Assembly (NCBI GenBank): GCA_002633005.1
Contig: NMRA01000009.1
Location: forward strand, 212,944 to 276,943
Direction of reading: 5' to 3'
Length of the DNA: 64,000 nt
Origin: Phoronis australis
Lineage: Eukaryota > Animalia > Phoronida
Shown here: positions 29,301 to 40,945 of the stretch, piece after piece
Position numbering within the stretch: position 1 is the first letter of the stretch
Layout: each line of letters begins with the position of its first letter
Notes under the pieces: model-generated
Seen by the model: the letters and a program-made list of their open reading frames with translations, nothing else
Database searches by the model: none
What the model was told of the DNA's origin: nothing
Translations under genes and position numbers: made by a program

Positions 29301-32300
29301 TCAGACATCTTAGTACATACTTAGGCAGACACAAACAAAAATAAAATTGCCACTAGGGGCCCACAAAATCAATGACAGCCATGCAATCTTCAATAGGAAA
29401 AAATATGCCCAATTTCACATTATTCCTTTATGTGGCAGACAGGGAGGCAGACACCAAAAAGCAAGCACTACAGCCTATAGATCAGACCCATCAACCAATG
29501 TCATGCTCTCCTTGACAGAAACTTGTGCGTCAAATTTCAAGAAAATCTGTCAGAAGCTTGCTTGATATAAAAGCAGACGTAAAAAAAATTTGCTACGGCG
29601 GGGAACAACAGTAGTTACATGAATCCCTGATAGGAAACTGTTTGCAATATTCATGAAGCTCTCTCACCAAGTTACGCACATAGTAAGGTCGACGGACATA
29701 GATGACAATAACATGCACATATTAGATAGGGTGTGCATAAAAACAAGGCTTTGTGAAAAACAAAACTTGTTTACCACATTGGTATAATTTAAGCAAAAGC
29801 GCAGTTTTTCCATTACTCCTAATAAGGTATCTCAGACACGACATGGTAATAACTGCTAACTACAGATGCCATGCACCAGTTTGTTCAGTGGTTTCAATTA
29901 CGACATCAATCTTTTAAAAGTACGCCGGAGTACATTTTTCCCATACTGTAAAGATCAAAAAGAATTGGTTTGCAAGAAAAGTTTACGACTTAAGTTTCAA
30001 AAAAATGACAAAGAAAACACATAGACAACATACAGGAGTTTGTAAATTTGCTCATCAGTCTGTCACTTCCAGCTGAGATGTAGCCAGGCAGCCAATAATG
30101 CTAACTAAGGACAATTAAATGGTTTAGTAGCCCAAAGTCATGTTGTTTCCAACTGACATAATGTCCAAGTATACAGTCAATGTTTATTGATCCATGACAA
30201 CACATCCATGTTTAACATGTATGTTTTGGGGTACAATCTATCCTATATTTCAATTCATGACCTATTTACTCATTTAGTTGATATGCCCATCAGAGGTATC
30301 TCACATATCCTTGTTTCACCATAGTTGAATTCAGGGTTCACGTTTAGTTATGTGATATTGAATAAAGGTTAACCAGAAGTTTCACAGAGAATCCTACACA
30401 AGTCTCAGGCAAAACCTTTTGGAAATTTCGTCAAAATCCCGAGGTTTGACGAAATTTTCAAGAGGTTTTGGCCGTGTCATAAATCTGAGACGAGTGTAGT
30501 ATTTGTTTTCTCGCATGAACCGTAAAAATGATCTTTTTGCTGAAAAACTTGACGTATTTCATACTTTCAACCACACCACGCAACTTTGGTAAAAATATAC
30601 TTGCACAATGTAAAGTAATTCAGTTATTTTTTGTTAACAGGTTTATTTTAAGCTTATTTAACAACTGTAAACTGCATTCAGCTTTCATAGCAAATATTGA
30701 AGTTAGAATCTAATAAATAGTCTTTGAAGTTGTAATACATAAACTTAAAAATATCTACAAATAACAGTCAGCAAGATTTCCCCGTGCGTGAGCACTGAAT
30801 TGACCTTGAGACAGCACAGCTAGACAGTCTCGTCGTGTTTCTTGAGTTGGGGCTCGTCTCCGTTTGAATGAACGTGGATATAGAATTCACCACCGAAGAT
30901 GGGTGTGTTTAAGTTGTTTGCATCTCCTTCCGACTGGGAGTATGTACAGTTGTGACAACCAATTTGTCAATCATAACCATCACAGATATGAACACAACAG
31001 CAAAGCCAAAACTAAAATCACCATCTCCATAAGTGAAGTTGTTCTAGTCAGAGTTGTACCAAGTACAACTATGCCTTTTCTGTCCTTGCCCAACTGAATT
31101 GACAATTATTGTGGGATTCCATATCCCCCACACCCCCAAGGAGTCATGCCCCTGGAGACGCGAGAAATTACCTTATGAAAACACCAATAATAATAGTATG
31201 TTTAGATCATGGGTTCTTGTACAACCCATTAATATGGCAAGCTACCACAGAAGTAATTTTTAATTAATAATATCAAACAGCAATTCTCAGTGTTGATGTA
31301 TCTACATACTTGCATATTCTTTATCAGTTCCCACTTCTTTGGCAAGAAAAACCTGAAAACAATGTAACATGTATTTAGAGTCAATTTTGCATTCTGCTTC
31401 ATTTTTAAGAAGAAATGATGACAATTTGTTTGTCGACATAAATGGGTATGTAACACAGGTCAGATCACAACAGCACTATAACTATGGATACGACATGACA
31501 AAACAAAATAATTAGCTGAGAAACACATCAGATAGCTCCTCGCAACTGGAACTTCACTTAAAATCTAGATAATATGTTGTGGTCTTATATAAAATTGAAA
31601 TGCCCCTTGAATTGCTCACATTTTAGACAACATGAAAAAAATTCTCGACATATTCAGAGGAGAAAGTGCGACTCAGTGGTTTGAGCTCCGGACTCCTATT
31701 TGGGAGACCTGGGTTTGAATCCTGGCTTTGCTGGCTGACAATCGAGCACTGCACAAAGATGTCCCCTACTCCTCTGAACTTGGTCTTACTTGTGATTGTA
31801 TGCAAGGGAGTAAATGACAACCTGCATATAATGCAAAAGCGATTTCCGGGGCTGTGAAAAAAAATTTAAAAAATGATCAGACTTTTTATAGGAATGTTTG
31901 ACCATAACCTTCAATATAAATTTATGTTATCTGTTTCGCCAAAGAGAAAATTTCAAATAGGCCGACGTAAACAGATGTTACAAGTAACAGAGTATTAATA
32001 AGATATTGACAGTCTTTACATAAATCTTAAAAGCAAACAGATCTCTAAAGTTTCACCAGATCTGCAGTCACTGCATACATCACAGTCTATCTGGATGTTA
32101 TCCTGCATCAAAAAGAATGAAGTAAAAATCACCATCATTTGCCATTTATTTACTGATAATGATGCCCTGTGTAATTAGGCCTTCCACTGATATCATTTAA
32201 TGAAATTCAGAGATGTAGCACAACGAGTGCAATAAATTTCAATCGCCAATGAATAAAATTAATTCTCACAAAATCCAATTTTAACAACATAGTGTGGTTT

Positions 32301-33751
32301 TCCAAAATTAATCATATCTTGATCTCTATATTACATCAACCGTTAATCATATCTTGATCTCTATATTACATAAACTGTTAATCATATCTTGATCTCTATA
32401 TTACATAAACTGTTAATCATATCTTGATCTCTATATTACATAAACTTTTAATAATATCTTGATCTCTATATTACATCAACTGTTAATCATATCTTGATCT
32501 CTATATTACATAAACTGTTAATCATATCTTGATCTCTATATTGCATCAACTGTTAATCATATCTTGATCTCTATATTACATCAACTGTTAATCATATCTT
32601 GATCTCTATATTACACAAACTGTTAATAATATCNCTCTACATTACATCATCTGATAATCGTATCTTGATCTCTACATTACATCAACTGATAATCATATCT
32701 TGATCTCTATATTACATCAACTGTTAATCATATCTTGATCTCTATATTACATAAACTGTTAATCATATCTCGATCTCTATATTACATAAACTGTTAATCA
32801 TATCTTGATCTCTATATTACATAAACTGTTAATCATATCTTGATCTCTATATTACATCAACTGTTAATCATATCTTGATCTCTATATTACATCAACTGAT
32901 AATCATATCTTGATCTCTATATTACATCAACTGTTAATCATATCTTGATCTCTATATTATATCAACTGTTAATCATATCTTGATCTCTATATTACATCAA
33001 CTGTTAATCATATCTTGATCTCTATATTACATAAACTGTTAATCATATCTTGATCTCTATATTATATCAACTGTTAATCATATCTTGATCTCTATATTAC
33101 ATAAACTGTTAATCATATCTTGATCTCAACATTACATCAACTGTTAATCATATCTTGATCTCTATATTACATCAATTGTCATTCTCCACTTACCTTGCAC
33201 CAAACTAATTACAATCATGATAAGGCTGATTTACCTTTTTACAAATGACTAATGGGAGATTAATCAAATGACATCTACACAATACAATCCATGCTAGCCT
33301 TGTAATAGATTAAAATGTTACTAATGTTTACTTCAGTGGAGAAATTTAACATTACGATTTCATTTGTCTGCCATATTGTGTGTTAAATAAGTCAAAAATT
33401 GCCATACGGTGGAATCATCTCATTAGGATAGTGTCTAGACAGGTGATTCCATGGTTTTGAAGCAAAATTAGGTTAATAATTAAGATAATTAAGTTTATGC
33501 AATCTTCAACTCGATTTCTTTAATGCAAGGATACAAACCGTTGAATATGAGCCCTCTCCGATAATTTTACCAAAGATAAAATCTTTCGGAGTTTTCTTCA
33601 TTCGAACACTAGTCCGCTTAGGCTTCCCATTGGTAGCGTCACTATCTGTTGAACGCCGATCACTGTCCCTGCTGCAACTTGCCATAGTTGGAGAAGATTT
33701 CACACAAGAGTTACAGTCTTTAGCAGAACCATGGGTCGGCAGTGACTTTAG
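11235..33751 (-). CDS. PDPK1: 3-phosphoinositide-dependent protein kinase 1 (AGC kinase + C-terminal PH domain), 12 coding exons; 5' end uncertain
   Basis: Exons 33751-33539, 31352-31310, 28373-28236, 21666-21522, 20989-20886, 19560-19455, 18915-18847, 16410-16314, 15777-15598, 12986-12792, 12259-12107, 11348-11235 splice in frame with GT-AG ends. Motifs [34 protein letters not shown] and PH-domain [19 protein letters not shown]. 1491 nt from ATG 33685. Confidence 0.96.
12107..12259 (-). CDS. PDPK1: PDPK1 exon: PH domain
   Basis: 153 nt, [51 protein letters not shown]. Confidence 0.96.
12792..12986 (-). CDS. PDPK1: PDPK1 exon: linker and start of PH domain
   Basis: 195 nt, [15 protein letters not shown]...[30 protein letters not shown]; tttttgcag|...|gtgtgt. 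Confidence 0.92.
13743..14690. mobile_element. PIF/Harbinger-like MITE (copy 1) containing a degenerate HINE-like insert (~14030-14560)
   Basis: TIRs GGGCTGTTCCAGCAAAA / TTTTACTGGAACAGTCC; flanks TGA/TTA; homologous to 23725-25707 in opposite orientation. Confidence 0.7.
14998..15272. repeat. 33-bp minisatellite
   Basis: TACACATGGCTAACAACTAGCAAAACATAACTG, about 8 copies. Confidence 0.95.
15598..15777 (-). CDS. PDPK1: PDPK1 exon: kinase C-terminal tail
   Basis: 180 nt, [60 protein letters not shown]. Confidence 0.95.
15799..16087. repeat. 48-bp minisatellite
   Basis: CAATTGTAACTCAGGCCAGTAGTAGTTCTACATAGCTCAATATTAACT, 6 nearly identical copies. Confidence 0.95.
16314..16410 (-). CDS. PDPK1: PDPK1 exon: subdomains X-XI
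   Basis: 97 nt, [32 protein letters not shown]; ttttcag|...|gtaagt. Confidence 0.96.
16452..18172 (-). mobile_element. Non-autonomous Helentron-associated (HINE/DINE-1-like) element with central tandem array
   Basis: On -: TTTTTATGCGCCCAC hairpin, (CCGT)n-like tract, ~144-bp subrepeats, subterminal IR GGGCACAT, 3' stem-loop, CTTGTTT end; T-rich insertion site, no TSD. Confidence 0.75.
18355..18646. repeat. 32-bp minisatellite
   Basis: GACATGTATCATAATGTAGCTGTACTATAGGT, about 9 copies. Confidence 0.95.
18847..18915 (-). CDS. PDPK1: PDPK1 exon: subdomain IX
   Basis: 69 nt, [22 protein letters not shown]; ttttcag|...|gtgagt. Confidence 0.96.
19455..19560 (-). CDS. PDPK1: PDPK1 exon: activation loop
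   Basis: 106 nt, (D)[34 protein letters not shown]; phase 1 to 2. Confidence 0.93.
19568..19941. repeat. 24/28-bp minisatellite abutting a PDPK1 splice acceptor
   Basis: AGACAAGAGATG(ATGT)3-4, about 14 copies. Confidence 0.95.
20886..20989 (-). CDS. PDPK1: PDPK1 exon: DLKPEN and DFG
   Basis: 104 nt, [34 protein letters not shown]; ag|...|gtatg. Confidence 0.96.
21522..21666 (-). CDS. PDPK1: PDPK1 exon: hinge to catalytic loop
   Basis: 145 nt, (Y)[47 protein letters not shown](R). Confidence 0.95.
22625..22680. repeat. (TACAA)n microsatellite
   Basis: Read directly. Confidence 0.9.
23725..25707. mobile_element. PIF/Harbinger-like MITE (copy 2) with nested insertions
   Basis: ~33-bp imperfect TIRs GGGCTGTTCCAGCAAAATCTGTATGGGAGGGGG; exact TTA TSD at 23722-23724 and 25708-25710. 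Confidence 0.8.
23963..25124. mobile_element. ISL2EU-like MITE nested in the Harbinger MITE
   Basis: Imperfect TIRs AGCTCACTTGCGAGTTT / AAACTCGCAAAAGGCCT flanked by AT on both sides; absent from Harbinger copy 1. Confidence 0.55.
25939..28042. mobile_element. hAT-like non-autonomous DNA transposon
   Basis: Perfect 14-bp TIR CAGTGTTCTCCACG; flanks AAATT/AAATA; subterminal CGTCCTGTTTAAA repeats; left end recurs inverted at ~52400-52510. Confidence 0.7.
28236..28373 (-). CDS. PDPK1: PDPK1 exon: catalytic Lys, alphaC, PIF pocket
   Basis: 138 nt, (I)[45 protein letters not shown]; followed by GTATCCTTT donor. Confidence 0.95.
29020..29742 (-). mobile_element. Degenerate HINE-family copy
   Basis: AAATTGCCACTAGGGG and GTAGATACAGAGG motifs; GTGCATAAAAA terminus as in 16452-18172. 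Confidence 0.5.
31310..31352 (-). CDS. PDPK1: PDPK1 43-nt exon ([14 protein letters not shown])
   Basis: ttttcag|gttttt...gcaa|gtatgt; phase 0 to 1; absent from the ORF track in this frame. Confidence 0.93.
31658..31870 (+). mobile_element. tRNA-derived SINE
   Basis: A-box-like GACTCAGTGG and B-box-like GGTTTGAATCC at tRNA spacing, then a unique body and A-rich tail. Confidence 0.55.
32308..33175. repeat. 35-bp minisatellite
   Basis: TTAATCATATCTTGATCTCTATATTACATCAACTG, about 25 copies; n at 32634. Confidence 0.95.
33539..33751 (-). CDS. PDPK1: PDPK1 exon: N-terminus and glycine-rich loop
   Basis: tttcag|LKSLPTHG...MASCSRDS...[20 protein letters not shown]|gtttgt; ATG at 33685 in strong Kozak context (actATGg). 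Confidence 0.9.
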
Positions 33752-34559
33752 CTGAAACCAACAAGGCACAGATTCATTAATTCTAGGTCTAATCACCATT
33801 ATACCGTTTACACAGTGGTCTCGATGCCTTAAATCTGGGGATGAACATCGAGTACACTTTGATATCAGATGAGCTGGAAATTTGAGTGCAAACTAGAGAT
33901 TTTAAATTCAGTAGTTTTGACATTAGGGTCATAAAGAGCAAAATTTGGTTAAGAATTGTCTAATTTGTATAAGTCATATATTGCACTTGTCTGTTAAGTC
34001 AAAGGCACTAACCACAATTTTAAAGTGAAATCGAACAGAAATTGTTGAATTAAGTTTGAGATCAGAGATTATAATTCAATCAGGTCCCAGTCACAGAGAT
34101 ATTGGTCCAATTATTTCAATCAATTGTGAATATTTTACAGTCTTCACCAGAGTTCAATTACTTCCAATAAATTGATGTCACTCAATCAGCTCATTACATG
34201 TTTAATATAAAAATGCATTCTTTCCGCACACACTTAATTTTGATTTCATCATATAAATTCTTTTCAGGTTCAACACATTTGACTGGATGGTGAATAAAAA
34301 TCTTCCTCCATTGTTAAACAAAATCAAACACACTTATCCGATGATGTGAAAAGGTCAGGTGTTTTTTAATGTAAAATTTGTCGTAGTAGTCATCACATGA
34401 AATTCTTCGTTTGCCACTATTCCTTTTACTGTTGACCAGGATATAATTTGATCATCTTCAAACAGTCAAACTACAGTTTGGTGTAAACTAAAACAGCAAA
34501 AAACTGTATTGAATGAGTGCAAATGAAAGTGTTTTGGCAGACATGTAAAACAAAGTGGT

Positions 34560-35633
34560 CTTAATACAAGTAAGGATTTCACTACAATAGGAGTATCCTT
34601 AATACAAGTAAGGATTTCACTACAATAGGAGTATCCACTGGGCAGCTCGCTGTTATCGCTACTGTTAGCGCCACCACCTAATGAATAAGCAACGGTCAAG
34701 CACGACGCGTAGGAACAATGGGAAAGGGCACCTTTAGCAGCGCAATAAATTGCACAAATTCGTCCACTAAAACACCAGAACTGTCATTTTTTATGTTTCC
34801 TAAGGAACTGACTTGTAACTATTGCGGATTGTAGTGGGAGAAAAGGGAGTTTACCCTACACTGGCATGTTACTAAGAAATAATAAAATGTTCTAAAATTA
34901 TATGTAAGAGTGCATCAGAATGGATTACAATGTTTTAGCAGTGATGAATTGTCTTACTTTCTTCTTCTCACTTGTGTAACACCTACTGCACTAAACAATT
35001 GTCTGCATTGCTAGCAGCCTGGTGCATTGAATAGNTAGGAGTATCCTTAATACAAGTAAGGATTTCACTATAATAGGAGTATCCTTAATACAAGTAAGGA
35101 TTTCACTATAATAGGAGTATCCTTAATACAAGTAAGGATTTCACTATAATAGGAGTATCCTTAATACAAGTAAGGATTTCACTATAATAGGAGTATCCTT
35201 AATACAAGTAAGGATTTCACTATAATAGGAGTATCCACTGGGCAGCTCGCTGTTATCGCTACTGTTAGCGCCACCACCTAATGAATAAGCAACGGTCAAG
35301 CACAACGCGTAGGAACAATGGGAAAGGGCACCTTTAGCAGCGCAATAAATTGCACAAATTTGTCCACTAAAACACCAGAACTGTCATTTTTTATGTTTCC
35401 TAAGGAACTGACTTGTAACTATTGCGGATTGTAGTGGGAGAAAAGGGAGTTTACCCTACACTGGCATGTTACTAAGAAATAACAAAATGTTCTAAAATTA
35501 TATGTAAGAGTGCATCAGAATGGATTACAATGTTTTAGCAGTGATGAATTGTCTTACTTTCTTCTTCTCACTTGTGTAACACCTACTGCACTAAACAATT
35601 GTCTGCATTGCTAGCAGCCTGGTGCATTGAATA
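34560..35633. repeat. ~450-bp near-identical direct duplication plus 38-bp tandem repeat
   Basis: ~34585-35034 repeated at ~35185-35633, separated by n (35035) and GGAGTATCCTTAATACAAGTAAGGATTTCACTATAATA units. Confidence 0.9.
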
Positions 35634-37289
35634 GGGAACTTTCGAAATTGTTGGGTGGAGATGAGATCGAAGCACCTACTGAATGAAAACTTAGAAAACA
35701 CCCAGGATGGTACTGAGATAACCACAGGGGCATGGTCACCAGTCATTGATGGTACTGAGATAACCATAGGGGCATGGTCACCGGTCATTACAAAAAGTCA
35801 TGGAGGGCACTCACAAAACGAGGACCACCTCAGCACATGTTGTTAATGGTTAGGGCCGGGGGGATCTAGCAACCAAAATCTCTCCTGTGACGATGGGAAG
35901 GGCTCAACAGTACCCATGTGGCACACCCCTTGGTTTTTACTTGTTTTGCACTCCTCCCATGCATCCCCCTAGGAGGGGGTCAACACCCATTTGAAGCCCA
36001 CCTGATTTTACCTGTTAGCACTCCTCTCATGTACCACCCTTACGCTGACAGCCAGGGGCAACTCCCCCCATGGATATCAAATGTAATTAGGAACGGTAAT
36101 TTGCCTTATTAAAGACTCAACCAAAACCATGGCTTTTGAATTGAGCTTGAAGAGAATGAAAACAAAAATCTTGATATTACACTTTAATTATTGACTAAAA
36201 CACACATTTTCATTCTTATTTGTTTATAAGTGAATGTAAATTATATACATGTATATTGTATCCATTTTTAATCACAAAGCAATTTTACTACACGTCTAAC
36301 GGCATTCAAGTATGACTTTATCTATATTTACATGGTTCGGACTGCGTTAGTTGTGCTTATTTGCTGCTTGGGGCGCTAGTTTTTCAAGCGATAAACATTG
36401 TACTATACTCCTTGATCAAAGTACAATACAACGTGATCAACATAATATTACATTTTCATTTCCCATTAAATAAAATAAAATAAAATTCACAACTAATATC
36501 AAGCACAAAAGTTTAAACAGCAAAAGACCTACAAAGTTTACATCAGAATTAAAAATAATGTCTGAAGAAATAATTTAATAGTTAGGCAAGAATGGACCGT
36601 AGTACCTAATTGTTTGTCATACAGCAGCCATCTTGTCATATGTCCACAACGTTTTGTTACAGACGTGACACATTTTATTTCCGCGCCCTGATTCACTGGA
36701 ATTGCCTGGTATTTGCTTAATTGTCATGTCAACATTATCTTCTAGTTCTGCATTAGCCTTTAAAGGAAGGGTGTTTATTCACACAAAACCATTTTCATTA
36801 TTTCAGACACCATTAACCAAAATTTCTATCCAATAACTGGTTTCAAACTAGTGTCGACAAATTTCCAGGAATATTAGTTTCTGACAATGAAGAATTTTTA
36901 GCAAAATGTAACAGTTAAGTATCATACATAGGGTAAATAGAGCACTTTGAAAGAATCGATAGCCCATTCACGTGAATTGGCACACAATAGTTCAGATAGT
37001 TCAAAGCAATATATAACTAATATACCTTATCAACAACAACACTGAAAAGTGACAACTTAGAGGTGATGCGGATGTTTACAACCAATATTCTGTTGTGTTG
37101 TAAATACACTTACTAAAGGATACATCACAGTAACCATTGTGGCTACTGTTTTTAAAGAACAAATAATCTATGAAGGAAAACTACATGAAAACCATGTAAA
37201 GATACATTTTGTAACATCAGTGAAGTTCCGCTTCAAAATCTCATTCAAAAGTTAAATGTAAAGTGTTGGTGTTATTGTACATTTGCAGA

Positions 37290-38825
37290 CAACACTCTAT
37301 CACACAGCAAAACACACTATCACAAAGCAAAACACACTATCACAAAGCAAAACACACCGTATTCATCCTAATAAGCACCCAGGGCGCTTAGAAAACTTCG
37401 CTTCAGAAAAGGGGGGGGGGGGTGCTTATTATATCCCAGAAGTGGTTAAAACCCGGTCTCCAAAACAGGTGAAATCGTAAGCTAGAAATCATCAAATTTA
37501 CGCTCTGTGACTCACCTTGAGTAAAATTAATAGTTTCGATTCAACAAGTTACCTGAAGTCCTCCATAAGTTTTCAAAATAGTGTCCCTAAGATTTTTAAG
37601 TTCCTACAGCGTTGGGATTAACAGCATATTAAGTCCAAATCTGAGCTAGATGGTACTCCGCAACACGAGAAAAATCTCTGGACCATAGACATATTAATGA
37701 TGATGTCTATTCTTTGGACGAACACACATGTTGCTGTCACGTGATGTTAGTTTTGAAGTTCGTCTGTGTATTGTGTGAGTGAGCCAGCACATGCATGTCA
37801 TCCGATGAGAGTTATATTGCCAGAGTAAACGCGATATAACGATCTTGGTGTTTGTAACAAAGGAAATTAACACAAGCAGTAAAGCAGAACGTGTTTTATT
37901 TAACACTTGTTGATCTCATCTGCTAAAAACGTTCGAAAATTGTCTCGGTAAGGCCGATATCATTGAGTAGCCAGTTGACTGGATGCTGACAGTCTAACAG
38001 TTATTTTTCAGGAGATTCGGGGGTTGTAAGGGTGCGGAAGTGTTAACTATAGTAGGTCATATTGACTTTGAAAACACCAATTATGACCAATTTAATAATT
38101 CCCCTTAAAATAAACCAAACGTTTTTACGGTATTAGAAACTTTCGGAAATAAGTGCCAGTACTTAATTCTTGCCGATGCTATGCTAACGGTTTCATGGAT
38201 AGTTTCCGAAGACTAATCTTTGATGATATGTACTTGTAGCGCGCGCTTCCTGGCCACGTGCTTTTAAATGAACAAAGGTCAAGTTTTTATTAGTCTTCGA
38301 TCCAAGTATGCGTTCTTTTTGAAGCATGGCGGAAATTGTATGTCTAGTCACAGCTGAATACCGACATAGCGGCGAGGCTCGTGGTCTACAAATTCTTCGT
38401 ACAATGATTTTTTCAGAACTGTCGAATCTTATTGATAAATTGAAGACGTTACTGCAGTTTTAAGACTGTAGGTAAGGCATTTTTTGCATGTACATGGCGT
38501 TCATGGACTGGTGCTTATTTTAGCAAAGTCTGAAAACGCATGGGGGGCGCTCATAGGGGCATGGGCACTTACTAGGGCACTATCACACAGCAAAACACAC
38601 ATCACACAGAAAAACACACTCACACAGCAAAACACTCTATCACACAGCAAAACACACTATCACACAGTAAAACACTCTATCACACAGCAAATTACTCTAT
38701 CACATAGCAAAACACACTATCACACAGCAAAACACTATCACACAGCACAACACTATCACACACCAAAACACTCTATCACACAGCAAAACACTATCACCTA
38801 GCAAAACACTCTACCACACAGCAAA
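37290..38825. repeat. 20-bp minisatellite in two blocks (37290-37356, 38578-38825)
   Basis: ACACTATCACACAGCAAAAC units on both sides of the Tc2-like element. Confidence 0.9.
37357..38577. mobile_element. Tc2/pogo-like non-autonomous DNA transposon inside a 20-bp minisatellite
   Basis: Left end CCGTATTCATCCTAATAAGCACCC; right end GGGCACTTACTAGG (truncated TIR); same satellite on both flanks. Confidence 0.55.
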
Positions 38826-39019
38826 TTTCAACAAGTTTCTGCCATATCAAAAAATTCCTATGACAACATAAATAAACACTTCAAGTTGTTTCCAAGTTTG
38901 ATATCAATACTGAAAAAGGACCATTTTCAAATTGGCAGAGTATTTGGTAGCAGTATCAAATTGAAAAGAAAACAGTAATGACCTCATGCTGACCTATAAA
39001 TACTGCAACCAAACACTAA

Positions 39020-39595
39020 ACAAGTTGTGGCTTTGGTATCTATAACATGAGCAAGGGTCCGAAACTCACCATCTGTCGTCATTTCCATAAAAAGAGGATT
39101 AGGAAGATATGGCAGTGAATACAAGATGTCACCACCAGAAGGCACTAAGGAGCAACGAAGAAGTCAGATCAGAACAAAAATTAATAGTCGTGCTCTTCTC
39201 ACCAGGAGCAAATTTTCAAAATGATTCTTTGAACAGTTTTGCAGATATAGAGGCGGACGGTACAAAATGCTCAAAAATATGAAACATGGCCACTAGGCAG
39301 TGCACAATATGTGGAATTTTAGAAACCTATTTGCCGAATTTCATGAAAATCCATCAAGGAACTTCAAAGATACAATGCCTAAAGTAAGAAAATAAAATAG
39401 CCACTGGGGGCACAGTCGGTGTCAGATCGCTCTGAAATTTGTCGTCATCTGTCATCAGCTTCATAGGAGCACATTTACCAAATCTCAAGAAGATTCTGCA
39501 AGGGTTCAGTAGCCAACATACAGACAGATGATAGCGATATACACACATGCACGCACAAACATACACACGCACATGTATACGTGAAGGTATAAAAA
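39020..39595 (-). mobile_element. Degenerate HINE-family copy
   Basis: GGCCACTAGG, AATTTCATGAAAATCC and GCCACTGGGGGCAC motifs shared with the intact copies. Confidence 0.5.
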
Positions 39596-40945
39596 GGTGG
39601 TCTAGCGGGAGTGTTGAATATTTTGATTTAATTATGTGATTGTGACAAAAAACAAGTCATGAAACATCTTAACACTTGTTGCTGTCTAGATCTAGGCTCA
39701 TACTATCCACTCACCAAGTCGCCAATGGTTAATTCTGAGCAGAACTGGTGATGATAAAACAACACCAATTTGCCAGTTTGGGAAACTCTTTGTAACTTAT
39801 CAATAAAAATTTAATGTTGTTGATAACATGACAAAAACCTTAGTCAGTGGTGAGACTGAAGGAGTTGCTGTCATCTGCACTGCCATACGAGAGTGTCAAG
39901 ACAAAGGATTGCAGACTAAATTTCAGAGGCTTTAAAAAGGAAACCAGGCAAGTTTAAGTGCACTTTTGCAAACATGAACAGTCATCTTCCTCAGAATGAG
40001 ACAGAGGCCTGGAATTACCCTCCTTGTATATACAATCAGGTGCTAGCAGGTCTATTAATAATTTTATTAAATTTCTGGCCCAATTCTGAAACTGTTTATA
40101 CCTGCTGTGATTTAGAAAGCTACAGCCAATTTACATGAAAGTATGCAATAAATGAAAGACCCTGAAAAGATCTTTATTTTAAAACAGCAATGCACCTTCA
40201 TTCAGGGATTTTTGATATCAAAACATCAACTTTTGAATCTGAACATGAACAATTAACTTAGTTACGACCTTTTCTTCGTGCACGTGGAATTAAAAATAGG
40301 TGGGCTATTAACAAGTCAATAATTTTGCCTTTCTAGGCATAGGCCACTTTAGGTGGTTAGGAAGCTTGTCCCTTCCTCTCCCTCCCTCCGCAAATGGCCA
40401 AAAACACTTCTAGGCATAACACAAACACATTTCCTTCAACAATTGTGGTTGTGATATCCCAGATACACCAATGGTAGGTTAGCCTCTTATATGGTGAAAA
40501 CAATTTCTGTTTGCCTACAAAGAAATCTGGTTTTGAACTCATACGCTCTCAGAATATAAGAGAGGTAGTGCTTGTTATAACAAATAAGACTGCAATCATT
40601 GCAACAGTGTATTTCATCAAGCAACAGTTATTAGCAAGCAGTAAAGTCTAATAATTTTGAAAAATGGATAAAAGATTTCATACATTTCAGCCAATTTGGC
40701 CAAAACACATTTTTAAATGTTTGTAAGAAGGCTTTTTAAAAAAGTCACTTAATGCAGGAAAAATGGTTACAAATAATTTATATAGATTGAGAACTCCCAA
40801 AACAACTCAGCATCAAATGGTTTAAAAGATGGACTTGAGCTTTGAATTTAGATTACAAACACGAGACGAGACACAGAAATTTTAGTACGCTAGCAATTTG
40901 TTGAGTTCTGAATCTGCAACAACCATATACTTAACCTACAACTTA

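Noticed and set aside
31658-31735. tRNA gene (also the tRNA-like segments in the LTRs at 49130-49200 and 49525-49590)
   Set aside because: No proper cloverleaf or anticodon loop; embedded in a SINE or LTR.
9319-33175. 28-35-bp repeat arrays as possible CRISPR arrays
   Set aside because: Head-to-tail units with no unique spacers, no cas genes, eukaryotic intron context.
34560-35633. Biological segmental duplication
   Set aside because: Nearly identical copies meeting at an n; most likely uncollapsed haplotypes.
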